Counted from the stretch's first letter, positions 1 through 13,397 are shown. The stretch: 64,000 nucleotides of DNA from Octopus vulgaris (GCA_951406725.2 OX597814.1:111662001-111726000), one strand, 5' to 3'. The notes: generated from the sequence alone by a model not told the origin. Numbers and translations: made by a program.

Positions 1-1752
1 ACCTCAAGCCGTAATCCCATCTCTTCCCATCTCTTCCCATCTTTCAGCCATCTTTCAGCCATCTTTCAGCCATTGGCGGTCTTTTTCCTCCTCTTACCAT
101 TACGATTCTACAATTTAAATTCCCAATTCAACTAACTTACTTCTTAAATTTCAACTCCCGATCGATGTCCGCAGCAAGTTCTTTAAAAATTTATCTTAAT
201 ATTTCCATTCGTTGTTACTACGTTTATTCATACATTGTTACGAAAATTTAACCTTTTAAGGCTACTTTCAAGCCTTCGCCATAACTTGATTTATCTTTCT
301 ATCTCTCTCTCTACAAAATTTAACCTTAGGCGAGGCTACCTCAAGCCGTAATCCCATCTCTTCCCATCTCTTCCCATCTTTCAGCCATCTTTCAGCCATC
401 TTTCAGCCATTGGCGGTCTTTTTTCCTCCTCTTACCATTACGATTCTACAATTTAAATTCCCAATTCAACTAACTTACTTCTTAAATTTCAACTCCCGAT
501 CGATGTCCGCAGCAAGTTCTTTAAAAATTTATCTTAATATTTCCATTCGTTGTTACTACGTTTATTCATACATTGTTACGAAAATTTAACCTTTTAAGGC
601 TACTTTCAAGCCTTCGCCATAACTTGATTTATCTTTCTATCTCTCTCTCTACAAAATTTAACCTTAGGCGAGGCTACCTCAAGCCGTAATCCCATCTCTT
701 CCCATCTCTTCCCATCTTTCAGCCATCTTTCAGCCATCTTTCAGCCATTGGCGGTCTTTTCCTCCTCTTACCATTACGATTCTACAATTTAAATTCCCAA
801 TTCAACTAACTTACTTCTTAAATTTCAACTCCCGATCGATGTCCGCAGCAAGTTCTTTAAAAATTTATCTTAATATTTCCATTCGTTGTTACTACGTTTA
901 TTCATACATTGTTACGAAAATTTAACCTTTTAAGGCTACTTTCAAGCCTTCGCCATAACTTGATTTATCTTTCTATCTCTCTCTCTACAAAATTTAACCT
1001 TAGGCGAGGCTACCTCAAGCCGTAATCCCATCTCTTCCCATCTCTTCCCTCTTCCCATCTTTCAGCCATCTTTCAGCCATTGGCGGTCTTTTTTCCTCCT
1101 CTTACCATTACGATTCTACAATTTAAATTCCCAATTCAACTAACTTACTTCTTAAATTTCAACTCCCGATCGATGTCCGCAGCAAGTTCTTTAAAAATTT
1201 ATCTTAATATTTCCATTCGTTGTTACTACGTTTATTCATACATTGTTACGAAAATTTAACCTTTTAAGGCTACTTTCAAGCCTTCGCCATAACTTGATTT
1301 ATCTTTCTATCTCTCTCTCTACAAAATTTAACCTTAGGCGAGGCTACCTCAAGCCGTAATCCCATCTCTTCCCATCTCTTCCCATCTTTCAGCCATCTTT
1401 CAGCCATTGGCGGTCTTTTTTCCTCCTCTTACCATTACGATTCTACAATTTAAATTCCCAATTCAACTAACTTACTTCTTAAATTTCAACTCCCGATCGA
1501 TGTCCGCAGCAAGTTCTTTAAAAATTTATCTTAATATTTCCATTCGTTGTTACTACGTTTATTCATACATTGTTACGAAAATTTAACCTTTTAAGGCTAC
1601 TTTCAAGCCTTCGCCATAACTTGATTTATCTTTCTATCTCTCTCTCTACAAAATTTAACCTTAGGCGAGGCTACCTCAAGCCGTAATCCCATCTCTTCCC
1701 ATCTCTTCCCATCTTTCAGCCATCTTTCAGCCATCTTTCAGCCATTGGCGGT
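1..1752. repeat. Tandem array of ~327-338 bp units (5 full + 1 partial, continuing off the left edge)
   Basis: Unit start acctcaagccgtaatccc recurs at 1, 338, 676, 1012, 1346 and 1673. Units are near-identical and vary mainly in the number of internal ccatctcttc / ccatctttcag subrepeats. Confidence 0.95.
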
Positions 1753-2539
1753 GCGCCCGCCCCCCACCCCCACCACCAATACCGATGAACACTGTTCTCA
1801 CCCCCACCACCAATACCGGTGAACACTGTTCTCACCGCCAACACCACCAATACTGGTGAACACTGTTCCTCACCCCCCACCACCAATACCAGTATACCCT
1901 GTCCTCACCATCTACACCGGATACGCCTTACTCATCTACACCGGGTAAGCCCTACTCCCTCCTCCTCCCCCCACTACCCCTTCTCCTCATATGCTTTCAC
2001 TGTGAAAAGACAAGCTGCTAGCGCCATAGCTCATCAACTGCCCACCGATCTTACGCTTCCTCCGGACACTGCTTCATTCCGACTATCCCCCTTTAGCACC
2101 CTCCCGCCTCGTAATATCCTACGTTTTTATTTCTTAGGAACCTACACCAACCCTTCCTGCCATCGTTCCTCCTTACCCCAACCTTCCCCACTGGTTGCTC
2201 CCCTATATTACCCACCTCAACTGGACCCCCCCTCCCCAACTCAACTCTAGAATATCTGTATTCTTTCCTCTACCTAATAACGTTACTCAGTGACGATAAC
2301 GAATGTCTTTATTTCTTAGGAACCTACACCAACCCTTCCTTACTCAGTGACGATAAATGCTGTGACTACAAAGACCTGGGCTGCTTTCTGCAGCAATTCC
2401 ACATACCCCCTACTCATTCTAAGTACCCCAGATCCCCAAAGTACCCTGGATCCCCAAAGTACCCCGGACCTCGCTGCCCCCGTGCCGCTGACACGTTAAA
2501 ATGCTCGAACCGATCGTGACGATGCCGGACCCTCCGGCC

Positions 2540-2738
2540 CCTGTGCAGGTGGCACGTAAAAAGCACCCAATCCACTCACGGAGTGGTTGGCGTTAGGAAG
2601 GGCATCCAGCCGTAGAAACTCTGCCAGATTCAGACTGGAGCCTGGTGCGGCCCCTGGCTTCCCAGACCCGGTCAAACCGTCCAACCCGTGCTAGCGCGGA
2701 AAGCGGACGTTAAACGATGATGATGATGATGATGATGA
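2540..2738 (+). mobile_element. SINE 3' portion (family D: ggttggcgttaggaagggcatccagc ... (gat)n tail)
   Basis: The same motif and tail recur at about 3260-3480(-), 5268-5750(-), 6812-7135(-), 7775-8454(+), 10231-10495(-) and 11260-11455(-). Confidence 0.75.
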
Positions 2739-2762
2739 TATACATACATATATGTGCATACC

Positions 2763-2800
<38 letters not shown>

Positions 2801-3850
2801 CATATATGTTCATGCCTACATATATATGTATATATACATGCATATATGGGTGCAGGACATCAAAAAAACGTTGAACACAATGAGAAACGAAAACATAAAA
2901 ACAAAAACATAGAAACGAACTTTTTCTCAAACAAAGAAAAAAACAGAGAAATGAGACATACAACATAAAGAATATTCCCTTTCTTCCTGTTGTCCCTGTT
3001 TCATCTACTCTGCGTTTCGAAGGTATATATATATATATATCCTCTTTTCATTTCTCTCTTCGTTTTTCTCACCCCTCACTTCTCTCTGATCTCTCTGTCT
3101 TTCATGATGTTTGTCTCTCTCTCACGCTATACACCCACATGGACCATTTTTCTTACATTTAACCTATTAAGCTAACCCCTTAATCTATTCCTTCAATGTG
3201 AATGCAACATTCACAATATTGCCTGGATTTACCTGGGATTATACTTAAGGAACTATACATCATCATCATTATCATCGTTTAACGTTTGCTTTCCATGCTG
3301 GCATGGGTTGGACGGTTTGACTGAGGACTAGCAAGCCCAGAGGCTGCACTAAGTCCTGATCTAATCCTGGCAAGGTTTCAACAGCTGGGATGCCCTTCCT
3401 AAAGCCAACCACTCTGAGAGTGTAGTGTGTCCTTTTTATGTTCCACTGGCCCGGGAGCCAGTCAGGCGGTCCTGGCATCGATCAGGCTGCCCTAGGACAA
3501 GTTTTCAGTACTAAATTCACCGACAAAGCATTGGTCAGCTCAGGACTATATTATTAATAGAAGGCACTTACCCAAGATGTAAGATGTTGCAGATTAGAAC
3601 TGAACCCAGAACCATGCAACTATGCCAGTATGGTATCTGATTCAAAACTTAAATAACTAAAATAGTTACTGGAGAATTGTTTGACCACCACACATCCAAG
3701 ATTTGTTCATGGAAGTATAGACTAACTTCCATACCCTCTGGAACAAGATGAACTGTGAACTTTATTCTTCCGATTTTATTCTTCTATCTACTGTTTTATT
3801 CTTTTATACATTGTGAATTCTCTGTCTGGAACTTTCCTGCATACACACCT

Positions 3851-3925
3851 TGTCTCTGATGATGGAATACCCAGTGTATGGAGATGTTGACCCATCACTT
3901 GGGATATCCCAGAAACAGCTGTAAT
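3851..3925 (+). ncRNA. Degenerate type I hammerhead ribozyme motif
   Basis: CTGATGA (3856-62), long stem II tgg...cca, GAAA (3912-15), palindromic CAGCTG, TA. Stem I pairing is lost. Confidence 0.55.
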
Positions 3926-4201
3926 CATTGATGACTTCTACTTCTCCATTTTTGATTCACCTTTACTCTAATTAAATATTCTAAATGACCTGAGATGCCA
4001 TCTTGGTTTTGTTGTCCATTTTCCTTTAATTTATAAGAAAATGATGATACACAAACACACTGAGCACCCATCATGATCATCATCATCATGTTGATCATCA
4101 TGATCATGACCATGATGATGATGATGATGATGATGATCTTCTTCTTCTTCTTCTTCTTCTTCTTCTTCTTCTTCTTCTTCTTCTTCTTCTTCTTCTTCTT
4201 C

Positions 4202-4717
4202 TTTAACTCAAAATAATTTAAACATTGAATTTGGTCATTTCCGTAACCACATGTTGTCTTGTCAGTTGGGAAGAGAAAGCTAATAGGTTGTGCATGCGTG
4301 CTTGTTCCTCTCTCTCTGTGTGTGTGTGTGTGTGTGTATTTATTTTTGTTTGTGTGTGTGTGTGTGTGTGTGTGCATGCATGTTCTTCTGTGTATATGTG
4401 TGTCTGTTCTGTTTTTTTGCATTTATCTGTTGTGGAATGTAGAAATAACACACAGAACAAGCACGCAAACAAATAAGAATAAGCACACACACACACACAT
4501 GTGCGCGCGCACATACAGACACACATACATACACACACATACATACACACACATACACACACACATACACACACATACACACACATACACACACACACAC
4601 AGAGGAACAAGCACGCACGCACAACCCATTAGCTTTCTCTTCTCAACTGACAATTGACAAGACAACATGTGGTCACGGAAATGACTGAATTCAATATTTA
4701 CATTACTGCGAGTTAAA
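4202..4717. repeat. Fold-back (inverted repeat) element with GT/AC microsatellite interior
   Basis: 4202-4320 is the approximate reverse complement of 4600-4717 (ccacatgttgtcttgtcagttg / caactgacaattgacaagacaacatgtgg). Confidence 0.8.
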
Positions 4718-5016
4718 ATGAAAGATCACCATGTTCTCATTCCATTCTCTGCGTTTCACGACAGTTGATTTTTCTGAATCACCTTAGTGTTTTTCGGGAG
4801 GATGTTGAAAGCGTTTTCATTGCCCCCCACCTTCACAAATTTTAGCAGGTGCACTTGCATCCCCTCTACTTCCTCTTCCTGACCCTATGTCTAGGATGAT
4901 TTTTGAAGGCATTTTTTGAGGAAACAAGTGGTGTCTCAGATGCTGTTAAATGCAGTAATTAACTGTTTGATAAATTATTGTAATTACATGTGTATTTTTA
5001 AAAAAATCTTTTGCAG

Positions 5017-5117
5017 GTCATCCTCGAATTTTACCAAAATCCTTTATCAACCCAGAAATTTACGAACATTTTAGTCAAGACTACATCTTTTTAGCTTGTA
5101 TAAAGTACATTAATCAA
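5017..5117 (+). CDS. PTPA: PP2A activator (phosphotyrosyl phosphatase activator), internal exon
   Basis: ttttgcag| acceptor and |gtgagt donor. Translates (G)HPRILPKSFINPEIYEHFSQDYIFLACIKYINQ, matching the PTPA segment HP..P..F.......DY.FL.CI.FI. Confidence 0.9.
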
Positions 5118-5519
5118 GTGAGTTGATCTAATGAAATTTACTATATTTTAATTTTTTCCCTTTCTGTGTAATATTTTGTTGTACTTTCTAGAAACTATGC
5201 TTAATATAACAATATGGATTAATCAGGCAATTAACATCACCTTTTATCATTTTCCTTGGATTCTGTCATCATCACTATCATCATCATGTTCCTTTTCTAT
5301 GCTTGCATGGGTTAGATGGAATATGTTGAGGCAGATTTTCTACAGCTGGATGCTCTTCCTGTCACTTAGCCTCACCTGTTTCCAAGCAAGATTTGCATGA
5401 CACCAGGGTGTTTACATGCCTCCGGCAAGGGTGCCAATTTCCGTGACATTGCTTTTGCTTGGCTCGATGGGGCTTCTTCTCAAGCATGACATAATGTCAA
5501 AGGTCTTGTCATTGTTCCA

Positions 5520-5750
5520 GGGAGGCCCAACACTTGTAAAGAACTCAGCTGCTTTGCCTCCACGAGGCCCAACACTCGAAAGGAACTCAGACACTTTGCC
5601 TCTGTGAGGCCCAACATGTAAAAAGAACTCAGCCACTTTGCCTCCATGAGGCCTAAACTCTTGTAAGAAACTTGGCCACTTTGCCTCTTTGAGGCCCTAT
5701 GCTCGAAAGAAAATAAGCCACTTTGCCTTCATGAGGCCTAACGCTCGAAT
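5520..5750. repeat. Minisatellite, ~38-42 bp unit x ~6 (gaggcccaacactcgaaaggaactcagccactttgcctc), within or next to a SINE
   Basis: Directly visible tandem units. Confidence 0.75.
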
Positions 5751-6253
5751 GTATTTCTAGTGGAAGAAGAAGGCCTCAAATTTGGGGGAAGGAATTAAGT
5801 CGATTACATCAACTCCAGTGCATAACTGGTACTAATTTTATTAACTACGAAAGGATGACGGGCAAAGTCGACCTCGGCAGAATTTGAACTCAGAATGTAA
5901 AGACAGATGAAATACCGCTAAGCATTTCGCCCGGTGTGCTAACAATTCTGCCAGCTTGCTGCCTTACTCAATAATAATAATAATAATCATAATGATAATA
6001 ATAGTAATAATAATCCTTTCTAGTGGAAGCACAGGGCCTCAAATTTAGGGGCAGGGATTAAGTCGATTACATCAACTCCAGTGCATAACTGGTACTAATT
6101 TTATCAACCCCCAAAATGATTATTCAATAATAATCTCCATGAGAACTTGTGTAGCTGTCTGTTCTTTCCTGATTAATTAAACTAAAATAATATTGAAATT
6201 GAAATAAAGATGGTAAAAGCGTTGGCATTAATTTGGGTTTTCTTTGCAAACAG

Positions 6254-6361
6254 GTGAAAACTGGTCCTTTCTTTGAACATTCCAATCAACTCTGGAGTAT
6301 CAGTGCAGTCGCCTCGTGGGAGAAAGTGAATTCAGGCCTTATAAAGATGTATAAAGCAGAG
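6254..6361 (+). CDS. PTPA: PP2A activator, penultimate coding exon
   Basis: cag| acceptor and |gtaagt donor, 108 nt, phase 0. Translates VKTGPFFEHSNQLWSISAVASWEKVNSGLIKMYKAE, containing the PTPA signature KTGPF.EHSNQLW.ISAV.SW.KVN.GLI.MYKAE. Confidence 0.95.
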
Positions 6362-7139
6362 GTAAGTGGGCTTGTCCTTTTGTTTTGTTTTTAATCATTG
6401 TCTTCTAGTTGTCATTATCATCATCATCATTGTTGCTTTTATCTTGTCATCACCATCACTATCATTCCTCCTCCTCCCCATCCTCGTCCTCGTCGTCCAT
6501 CCTCCCCCTCCATTTTTCCCTCCACCTACCCCTCATACTCTCCTCCCACTCCTGCTCCCCACCTTCCTCGCTGTTGTCTCACCAGGGAAAAAAGTGCTTT
6601 GCAGCATTTTGTCCGTCTTTATGTCCTGAGTTCAAATGCTGCCGAGGTTGATTTTTGCTTTTCATTCTTTCAGATGAAGTAAGTACCAGTGATACACTGG
6701 GGTTAATAGAAATTGACTTATGCCCCCCCACCCCCTGAACTTGCTGACCTTGTGCCAAAATTTGAAACCATTATTATTATTATTATTTTTATTATTATTA
6801 TTGTTATTATTCATTTAACATCCACTTTCTATGCTGGCATGGGTTGGGCGATTTGACTGAGGACTGTGAACCAGATGGCTGCACCAGGCTCAATCTGATC
6901 TGGCAGAGTTTCTACAGCTGGATGCCCTTCCTAACGCCAACCACTCCGAGAGTGTAGTGTGTGCTTTTACGGGCCACCGGCATGAGGGCCAGTCAGGCGG
7001 TACTGGCAACGGCCATGCTCAAATGGTGTTTTTTACATGCCACCTGCACAGGAGCCAGTCCAGCGGCACTGGCAACGACCTCGCTTGAATTATTTTCCAT
7101 GTGCCACCGGCACAAGTGCCAGTAAAGCGATGCTGTGGC

Positions 7140-7575
7140 ACTGGTGATGCTGTGTATTATTGCCTTTGCACAGCTTCTAACACTGGAGATGTACTACAGT
7201 GTCAGCAGTTCACTACCAGTGAACTAAGGCAACACCTCTTATTTTTCGAGCACCTTCTGGAGTATTCAAGCAGTTCCAAGCAGTGATGTTTTCTGCATGT
7301 GCTCCACCCTTATTGCAGCCCCTATTTGTTCCACATACTTCTCGAGATTTTTGTTCACTGTTCCCAGGGCTCCAACAATTATTGGTACCACTACCACCTT
7401 TTTCATCGACCACAACTGCTTTACCTCCCAAGCTAACCTGTCATACCTATCGACTTTCCTTTCTTCCTTATCGCATACCTTGTTGTCAGCTGGGCATGCT
7501 ATATCTATGATCATTTGCTTTCTTTCTCAATTAAGACTGTCTGGCTTCCTATTCTCTATCTCATGGTCGCATGGG
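7140..7575 (-). mobile_element. 3' fragment of an R4/Dong-clade non-LTR retrotransposon (restriction-like endonuclease domain), decayed
   Basis: ORF 7266-7514(-) IIDIACPADNKVCDKEERKVDRYDRLAWEVKQLW...VVPIIVGALG, preceded by RKPD. This is the PD-(D/E)xK RLE C-terminus typical of R4/Dong. Confidence 0.8.
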
Positions 7576-8759
7576 AGCAGTATTAGTTCAGAATAGCATT
7601 CTCTATATCTTGCTTAACTGTAGCATGGATAAACTGTAGAAAGAACTTTGATATTGGTTGAGAGAAAGCATCTCCTTTGCATTATATGTCTATAAGAGAT
7701 GCTTCCTCAAGACCAATATCACAGTATATCCATGCTAATTAAGATATACAGAATGCTACCGGCAAGACAAGTGAGACCATAACCTGTGGCCTTTACCAGG
7801 GGTGTAGCCAGCCCACTTATGCATACCTTTCCTTTGGATACAAAACTCTGCTTGCGAAGACCTGTTGAGGCAAGTGAAATCGAAATTGAATTCGAAATCA
7901 AACCAAATTCGATTGGCACCTATGCCAACCTTCCTTCATTGGACACTAAACTCTGCTTGTGAAGACCTGTTGGTGCAAGTGAAATCGAAATTGAACCAAA
8001 TTCGATGACTGGCACCTGTGTCAGTGGAGCGCTAACAGCTCCATCCAAGTGGGATCACTGCCAGAGCAGCAGCTGTCTGGCTTCCAGTGGCACGTAAAAA
8101 GCACCATTTGAGCGTGATCGTTACCTGCATCACCCTATTGGCACATGAACAAAACTTTCGAGCGAGGTTGTTGCCAGTGTTGCAGGACTGACTCCTGTGC
8201 AGGTGGCACGTAAAAAACACCATTTGAGCATGGCTGTTGCCAGTACCGCCAGACTGGCCCTTGTGCCAGTGGCACATAAAAGCACCCACTACACTCTCGG
8301 AGCGGTTGGCATTAGGAAGGGCATCCAGCTGTAGAAACTCCGCCAGATCAAGACTGGAGCCTGGTGCAGCCATCTGGTTCACCAGTCCTCAGTCAAATCG
8401 TCCAACCCATGCTAGCATGGAAAGCGGATGTTAAATGATGACGATGATGATGATTTAGGTAGCATGTTGTCCCTTGCTGGACTCTGAGTTCAAAATTCTG
8501 CTGAATTTCACTTTCAGAGTTGATAAAATAATACCAGTTATGCACTGGGGTTGTTGTAATCAACTAGCTCCCTCCCCAAGATTTTAGACCTTGTGCCTAT
8601 AGTGGAAAGGATTACTATTGTTGTTGTTGTTGTTACTATGATTATTACTATTACTATTATTATTATCATTACTATTACTATTATTGTTGTTGTTGTTGTT
8701 GTTATTATTACTATTATTATTATCATTACTATTATTACTATTATTACTTTTATTTTCAG

Positions 8760-8834
8760 GTTTTAGACAAATTCCCTGTGATCCAACATTTCTTATTTGG
8801 CTCTTTGATGAGTATTGAACCTGCAGAAGTATGA
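8760..8834 (+). CDS. PTPA: PP2A activator, last coding exon
   Basis: ttttcag| acceptor. Translates VLDKFPVIQHFLFGSLMSIEPAEV* (TGA 8832-34), matching the PTPA C-terminal L.KFPVIQHF.FGSL. Confidence 0.93.
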   Translation, partial: VLDKFPVIQHFLFGSLMSIEPAEV

Positions 8835-9053
8835 GACAAGAAGAACATGCTGAAATGATATCAACTTCTGTCGCTGGATTATGAAATGCTTAATACACAA
8901 GGACCCACCGCCCTCCCCTCCCCCTTCTCATATTCCTCAAATTCATGTCCTCAACATATCTGAAGCTGGTTTTGTTTTTGTTTTGTTATTTGATAGTTTT
9001 CTTATCCATTGATATCTGAGAGATCTATTTGTTCCAAGAATATATTGCGTGTG

Positions 9054-9084
<31 letters not shown>

Positions 9085-9927
9085 ACGTGTGAGCGGAGAG
9101 AGAGAATGTAAGTATATATGTACAGACACACATACACAAACACACACACACACACATATGCACATATACATTCATATATATGTATACATATACACAAATA
9201 TATAACACACACACACACAAATATATATACTATTATGCACACACACACACACAGACATATATGCACATATACATTTATATGTATATACATACACAAATAT
9301 ATATGTTACACACACACACACACACTCTGTTATAACAAACAAGAAAAAAAAAACGTATGCAGCACTTTTGCAGTACTCTGTAGTGGCATTGAGCCTGAAA
9401 CTCTGTGGTTGGAAAAGTGAATATCCTGGTCTCACATGGTTGTCTTGTGTGTGTGTGTGTATGTGTGTGTCTGTCTATGCATATAATGTATATGTATATC
9501 TTTATATACATATATACATACATATACAGATGAGGAAATAATTTTATTCTCAAATGCAGGATAATGCTAAAAAAACTATTTTGCAGAAAAATTTGGTCAC
9601 CGACAGATTTTTCTGCAAAATCTGAATAGTTTATCCTGTTCCTGCTATATTATTAGCCTCATCCTGCATTTGAGATTAAAATTATTTCGTTATCTGTATC
9701 TTTCAATACATTTCAATGCTTCTAAAGCAAACTTTTGTTGACTTTCAACCTAAGTTGAATTTAACACACGCACACACACACACACACCACACCACACCAC
9801 ACCACACACACACACACACGCACACACACAGATTTTCCAGTATCTTTGGTTCGAAAATCTTGATGGATTAACTGTTTTATTGACCCTCAGCTGCCCGGAA
9901 ATTAGCAGTATACCTATATATACACAC

Positions 9928-9985
<58 letters not shown>

Positions 9986-10021
9986 TGTGTTTTATATCTG
10001 CATTCAACATGTTCAAATGTA

Positions 10022-10027
10022 AATAAA
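10022..10027 (+). terminator. Candidate polyadenylation signal for PTPA
   Basis: AATAAA followed by a T/GT-rich tract, about 1.2 kb after the stop. Cannot be confirmed without transcripts. Confidence 0.35.
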
Positions 10028-10814
10028 ATGTTTATTTATAATTTATCTTCTTTTTGTCGTTTACTCATTTTTATCCTGTTTCATTCGTCCTCACAATTAT
10101 CTCTTTCTTTCTTGTAAGCGAAATAGAAAAAAAAACCAGTTAAACTTCTCAACTGACTGGATTTGTATGATGTCTGGGCTTTTACTCAAAGAATGAAAAT
10201 TAAACAAGTGAAGTGTGGTCTCTCTTATAATCATCATCATTGTTTTAATGTATTATCTCCATGCTGGAATGGGTGGGATGGTTTGACAGGAGCTGGCCAG
10301 GCAGGAGCTTGCACCATGCGTCTGTGTCTGTTTTTGCATGGTTTTAATGGTTGGATGCCCTTCCTAACACCAACCACCCAGCAGAGTGGACTGAGTGCTT
10401 TTTACGTGGCGCAAACACAGGAGAGGTCAGTTTTGGCATGGTTTCTACAGCTGGATGCCCTTCCACATGCCAACCACTCCACAGTGTGGACTGGAGTAAA
10501 GTTCTTGAAGTCCCCAAACACAATCTATTGCAATATTGACATGCTTTTATCTTTTGTCTATTGCTTTTTACATGTTTCTGTCATTAGACTGTGGCCATGC
10601 TGGAACAACGCCTAGAAGAATTTTTAGTTGAATTAATCAGTCCCAGTATTTCTTTTTTCCTTTTTCCTTTTTCTGTTTTAAGCCTGGCACTTGGCTCTCT
10701 TTTGCCAGACTGCTAAGTTACAGCGACGTGTGTCTATGTCTCTGTAGTTTAGCAGTTTGGCAAAAACAGACTGATGGAATAAGTTACCCAGGCTTAAAAA
10801 CTGATAGATAGGAG

Positions 10815-11135
10815 CACTCCGTCGGTTGCGAGGATGAGGGTCCCAGCTGATACGATCAACAGAACAGCTTGTTCGTGAAATTAACGTGTAAGTGGCTGAG
10901 CACTCCACAGACACGTGTATCTCTAACGTAGTTCTCAGGGAGATTCAGGGTGACACAGAATGTGACAAGGCTGGCCCTTTGAAATACAGGTACTACTCAT
11001 TTTTGCCAGCTGAGTGGACTGGAGCAACGTGAAATAAAGTGTCTTGCTCAAGGACACAACACGTCGCTGGGAATTGAACTCACGACCTTATGATCATGAA
11101 CCGAATGCCTCTAACCACTAAGCCACGCGCCTTCA
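10815..11135 (-). mobile_element. tRNA-derived SINE (family C)
   Basis: On the minus strand, A-box tggcttagtgg and B-box gagttcaattcc. Related copies at 24828-25100(+), 35552-35930(-) and 36177-36492(+). Confidence 0.75.
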
Positions 11136-11817
11136 TGGCTTAAAAACTAAAAAATTAAATACTGGGGTCGATTCATTCAACAAAAAATTCTTCAAGGTAG
11201 TGCTCCAGCATGGCAGCAGTCTAGTGACTGAACCAAATAGAAGATAATGTTCCAGTTAATCATCATCATCATCACCATCATTTAATGTCCGCCTTCTATG
11301 CTGTCATGGGTCAGATGGTTCGACAGGAGGCGGCCAAGCAGTACCCTGCACCAGACTTCTGTGTCTGTTTTGGCAGGGTTTTTACGGCTGGATGCCCTTC
11401 CTAACACCAACCACTCAACAGGGTGGGCTGAATGCCTTTTACATGGCACCAGTGGTGGTAGTGAGCAAATTGATAAACTGCCATAGTGATGATGATGGAG
11501 GCGGTGCTGATGAAGGTGATAATAGTGGTGGTGGGGGCGGCGGAGGCGCCAGTGACCGAATTGATAAACTGCCACCCTTGGTGACCATACATTGTTTGTT
11601 ACTACACAAATGTTGTAGGAGAAATATGTTGCAATACTGTAAGCAATAAACTCTTTGTATTCGAAAATAGTTTGCGTTCATTTTGCGATTCCTTTATTCA
11701 CTGCTTCGGTTCGTTTGTTTGGAGTCCGTGGTTAACGTAAGATGAAAACACAGAGTTGTCTCCCGTACACGAGAAAACCCGGAAAATAACCGGAGTTAGT
11801 TAACTTACGGATATATA

Positions 11818-12081
11818 CAGGCTGCGGCAGAAAGATCGCCCCGATTTCAAAGGTTAATAAAACACGAACATATGAAAGTGCTTGAAAAAACATTGCATTT
11901 ATATGAAGTTCATTAAATGCCATTTTTTTCTGTTTCAGTCAGTACCCGCCATGGCCTGGAGTGGAGAGCATCGTTTTTTTCTTTCTTGTATCTTCATGTG
12001 TTTGTTTTTTATTAACCTTTGAAATCGGAGCAACCTTTCTCCCGCAGCCTGAAATCGGAGCAACCTTTCTCCCGCAGCCTG
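11818..12081. mobile_element. Tc1/mariner-type MITE with a duplicated right terminus
   Basis: ta|caggctgcggcagaaagatcgccccgatttcaaaggttaataaaa pairs with ttttattaacctttgaaatcggagcaacctttctcccgcagcctg. The last 30 bp are tandemly repeated. Confidence 0.75.
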
Positions 12082-12134
12082 AGTATATATATCGTCAGTA
12101 GTTCATATATCTGAAAAAGAAGCACACTCTAATG

Positions 12135-12290
12135 CAACGTTTCTCAACTGGGGTTCCCCGGAACCCTAGGGTTCGCAAAAGGTTCCAAGGGGTTCCGCGA
12201 GAAAGTGAGAAAGGCTAATGCTAGTTCCATGATCGTAATATTACTATACCTGCACAACATTATTGTAATATAGACATCATCCTACCTAAC

Positions 12291-12326
<36 letters not shown>

Positions 12327-13137
12327 ACATATAAGAAGAGTGTTTATTATGAATAAATCACAATTATAACTGAGAGGGTTGCAATTTATTTTACGATACG
12401 GTATATAATATGGTATAATAGGTTCCTAACTTCGAAATTGCAATTGAGAATTAACCTTTTAATTTTAAATTGTGGATTTTATATGTCGTGTCGCTCGCAG
12501 ACAGCATTTATTGTGAGGATATAAAATGTGAGTGATAATAGTGGCTTTAGAGTGGTCTTGATTAGGCGGCGAGCTGGCAGAAACGTTAACACGCTGTGGG
12601 AAATACTTAACGATATTTCGTCTGTCTTTATGTTCTGCGTTCAAATTCTGCCGAGGTCGACTTTGCCTTTCATCCTTTCGGAGTCGATAAATTAATTACC
12701 AGTGACATACTGAGATCGATCTAATCGACTGGCCCCCTTCACCCAAATTTCAGGCCTTCTGCCTATAATAGAAAGGTTTCTAGTGGTCTTGACTGCTATT
12801 TCTAAACATATAACAGATTTTCCAACCCCCTCTGTTTTGATTATGATTTATTTATAATTCTGATTTATTCATTATTATAAACACTCTTCTTTTAAGTAAA
12901 TTATTATTACATGTTTGTCCATTGATATACTCTTACTCTTTTACTTGTTTCAGTCATTTGACTGCGGCCATGCTGGAGCACCACCTTTTAGTCGAGCAAA
13001 TCGACCCCGGGACTTATTCTTTGTAAGCCCAGTACTTATTCTATCGGTCTCTTTTGCCGAACCGCTAAGTGACGGGGATGTAAACACACCAGCATCGGTT
13101 GTCAAGCAATGCTAGGGGGACAAACACAGACACACAA

Positions 13138-13168
<31 letters not shown>

Positions 13169-13397
13169 CATATATACGACGGGCTTCTTTTCAGTTTCCG
13201 TCTACCAAATCCACTCACAAGGCATTGGTCAGCCCGGGGCTATAGCAGAAGACACTTGCCCAAGATGCCACGCAGTGGGACTGAACCCGGAACCATGTGG
13301 TTGGTTAGCAAGCTACTTACCACACAGCCACTCATATTCATAAATAATTATTTATTGTTTATGATATATCCTTCGTAATGTATTTTTACATTCCTTT

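Noticed and set aside
1-1752. Tandem array as a retrozyme or CRISPR array
   Set aside because: No CUGANGA...GAAA fold was found (ctgaaaga on the minus strand does not fit). There are no unique spacers, and the context is eukaryotic.
1819-2250. 143-aa Pro/Ser/Thr-rich ORF
   Set aside because: GTG start, C-rich low complexity and no domain motif.
4202-4717. HHR remnants in this palindrome (ctgacaa gac..gtc acg gaaa) and at 2846-3025, ~17810, ~27140, 30450-30520 and 49277-49310
   Set aside because: Only partial cores or stems are recognisable, too decayed to call by eye. A consensus-level search is still worthwhile.
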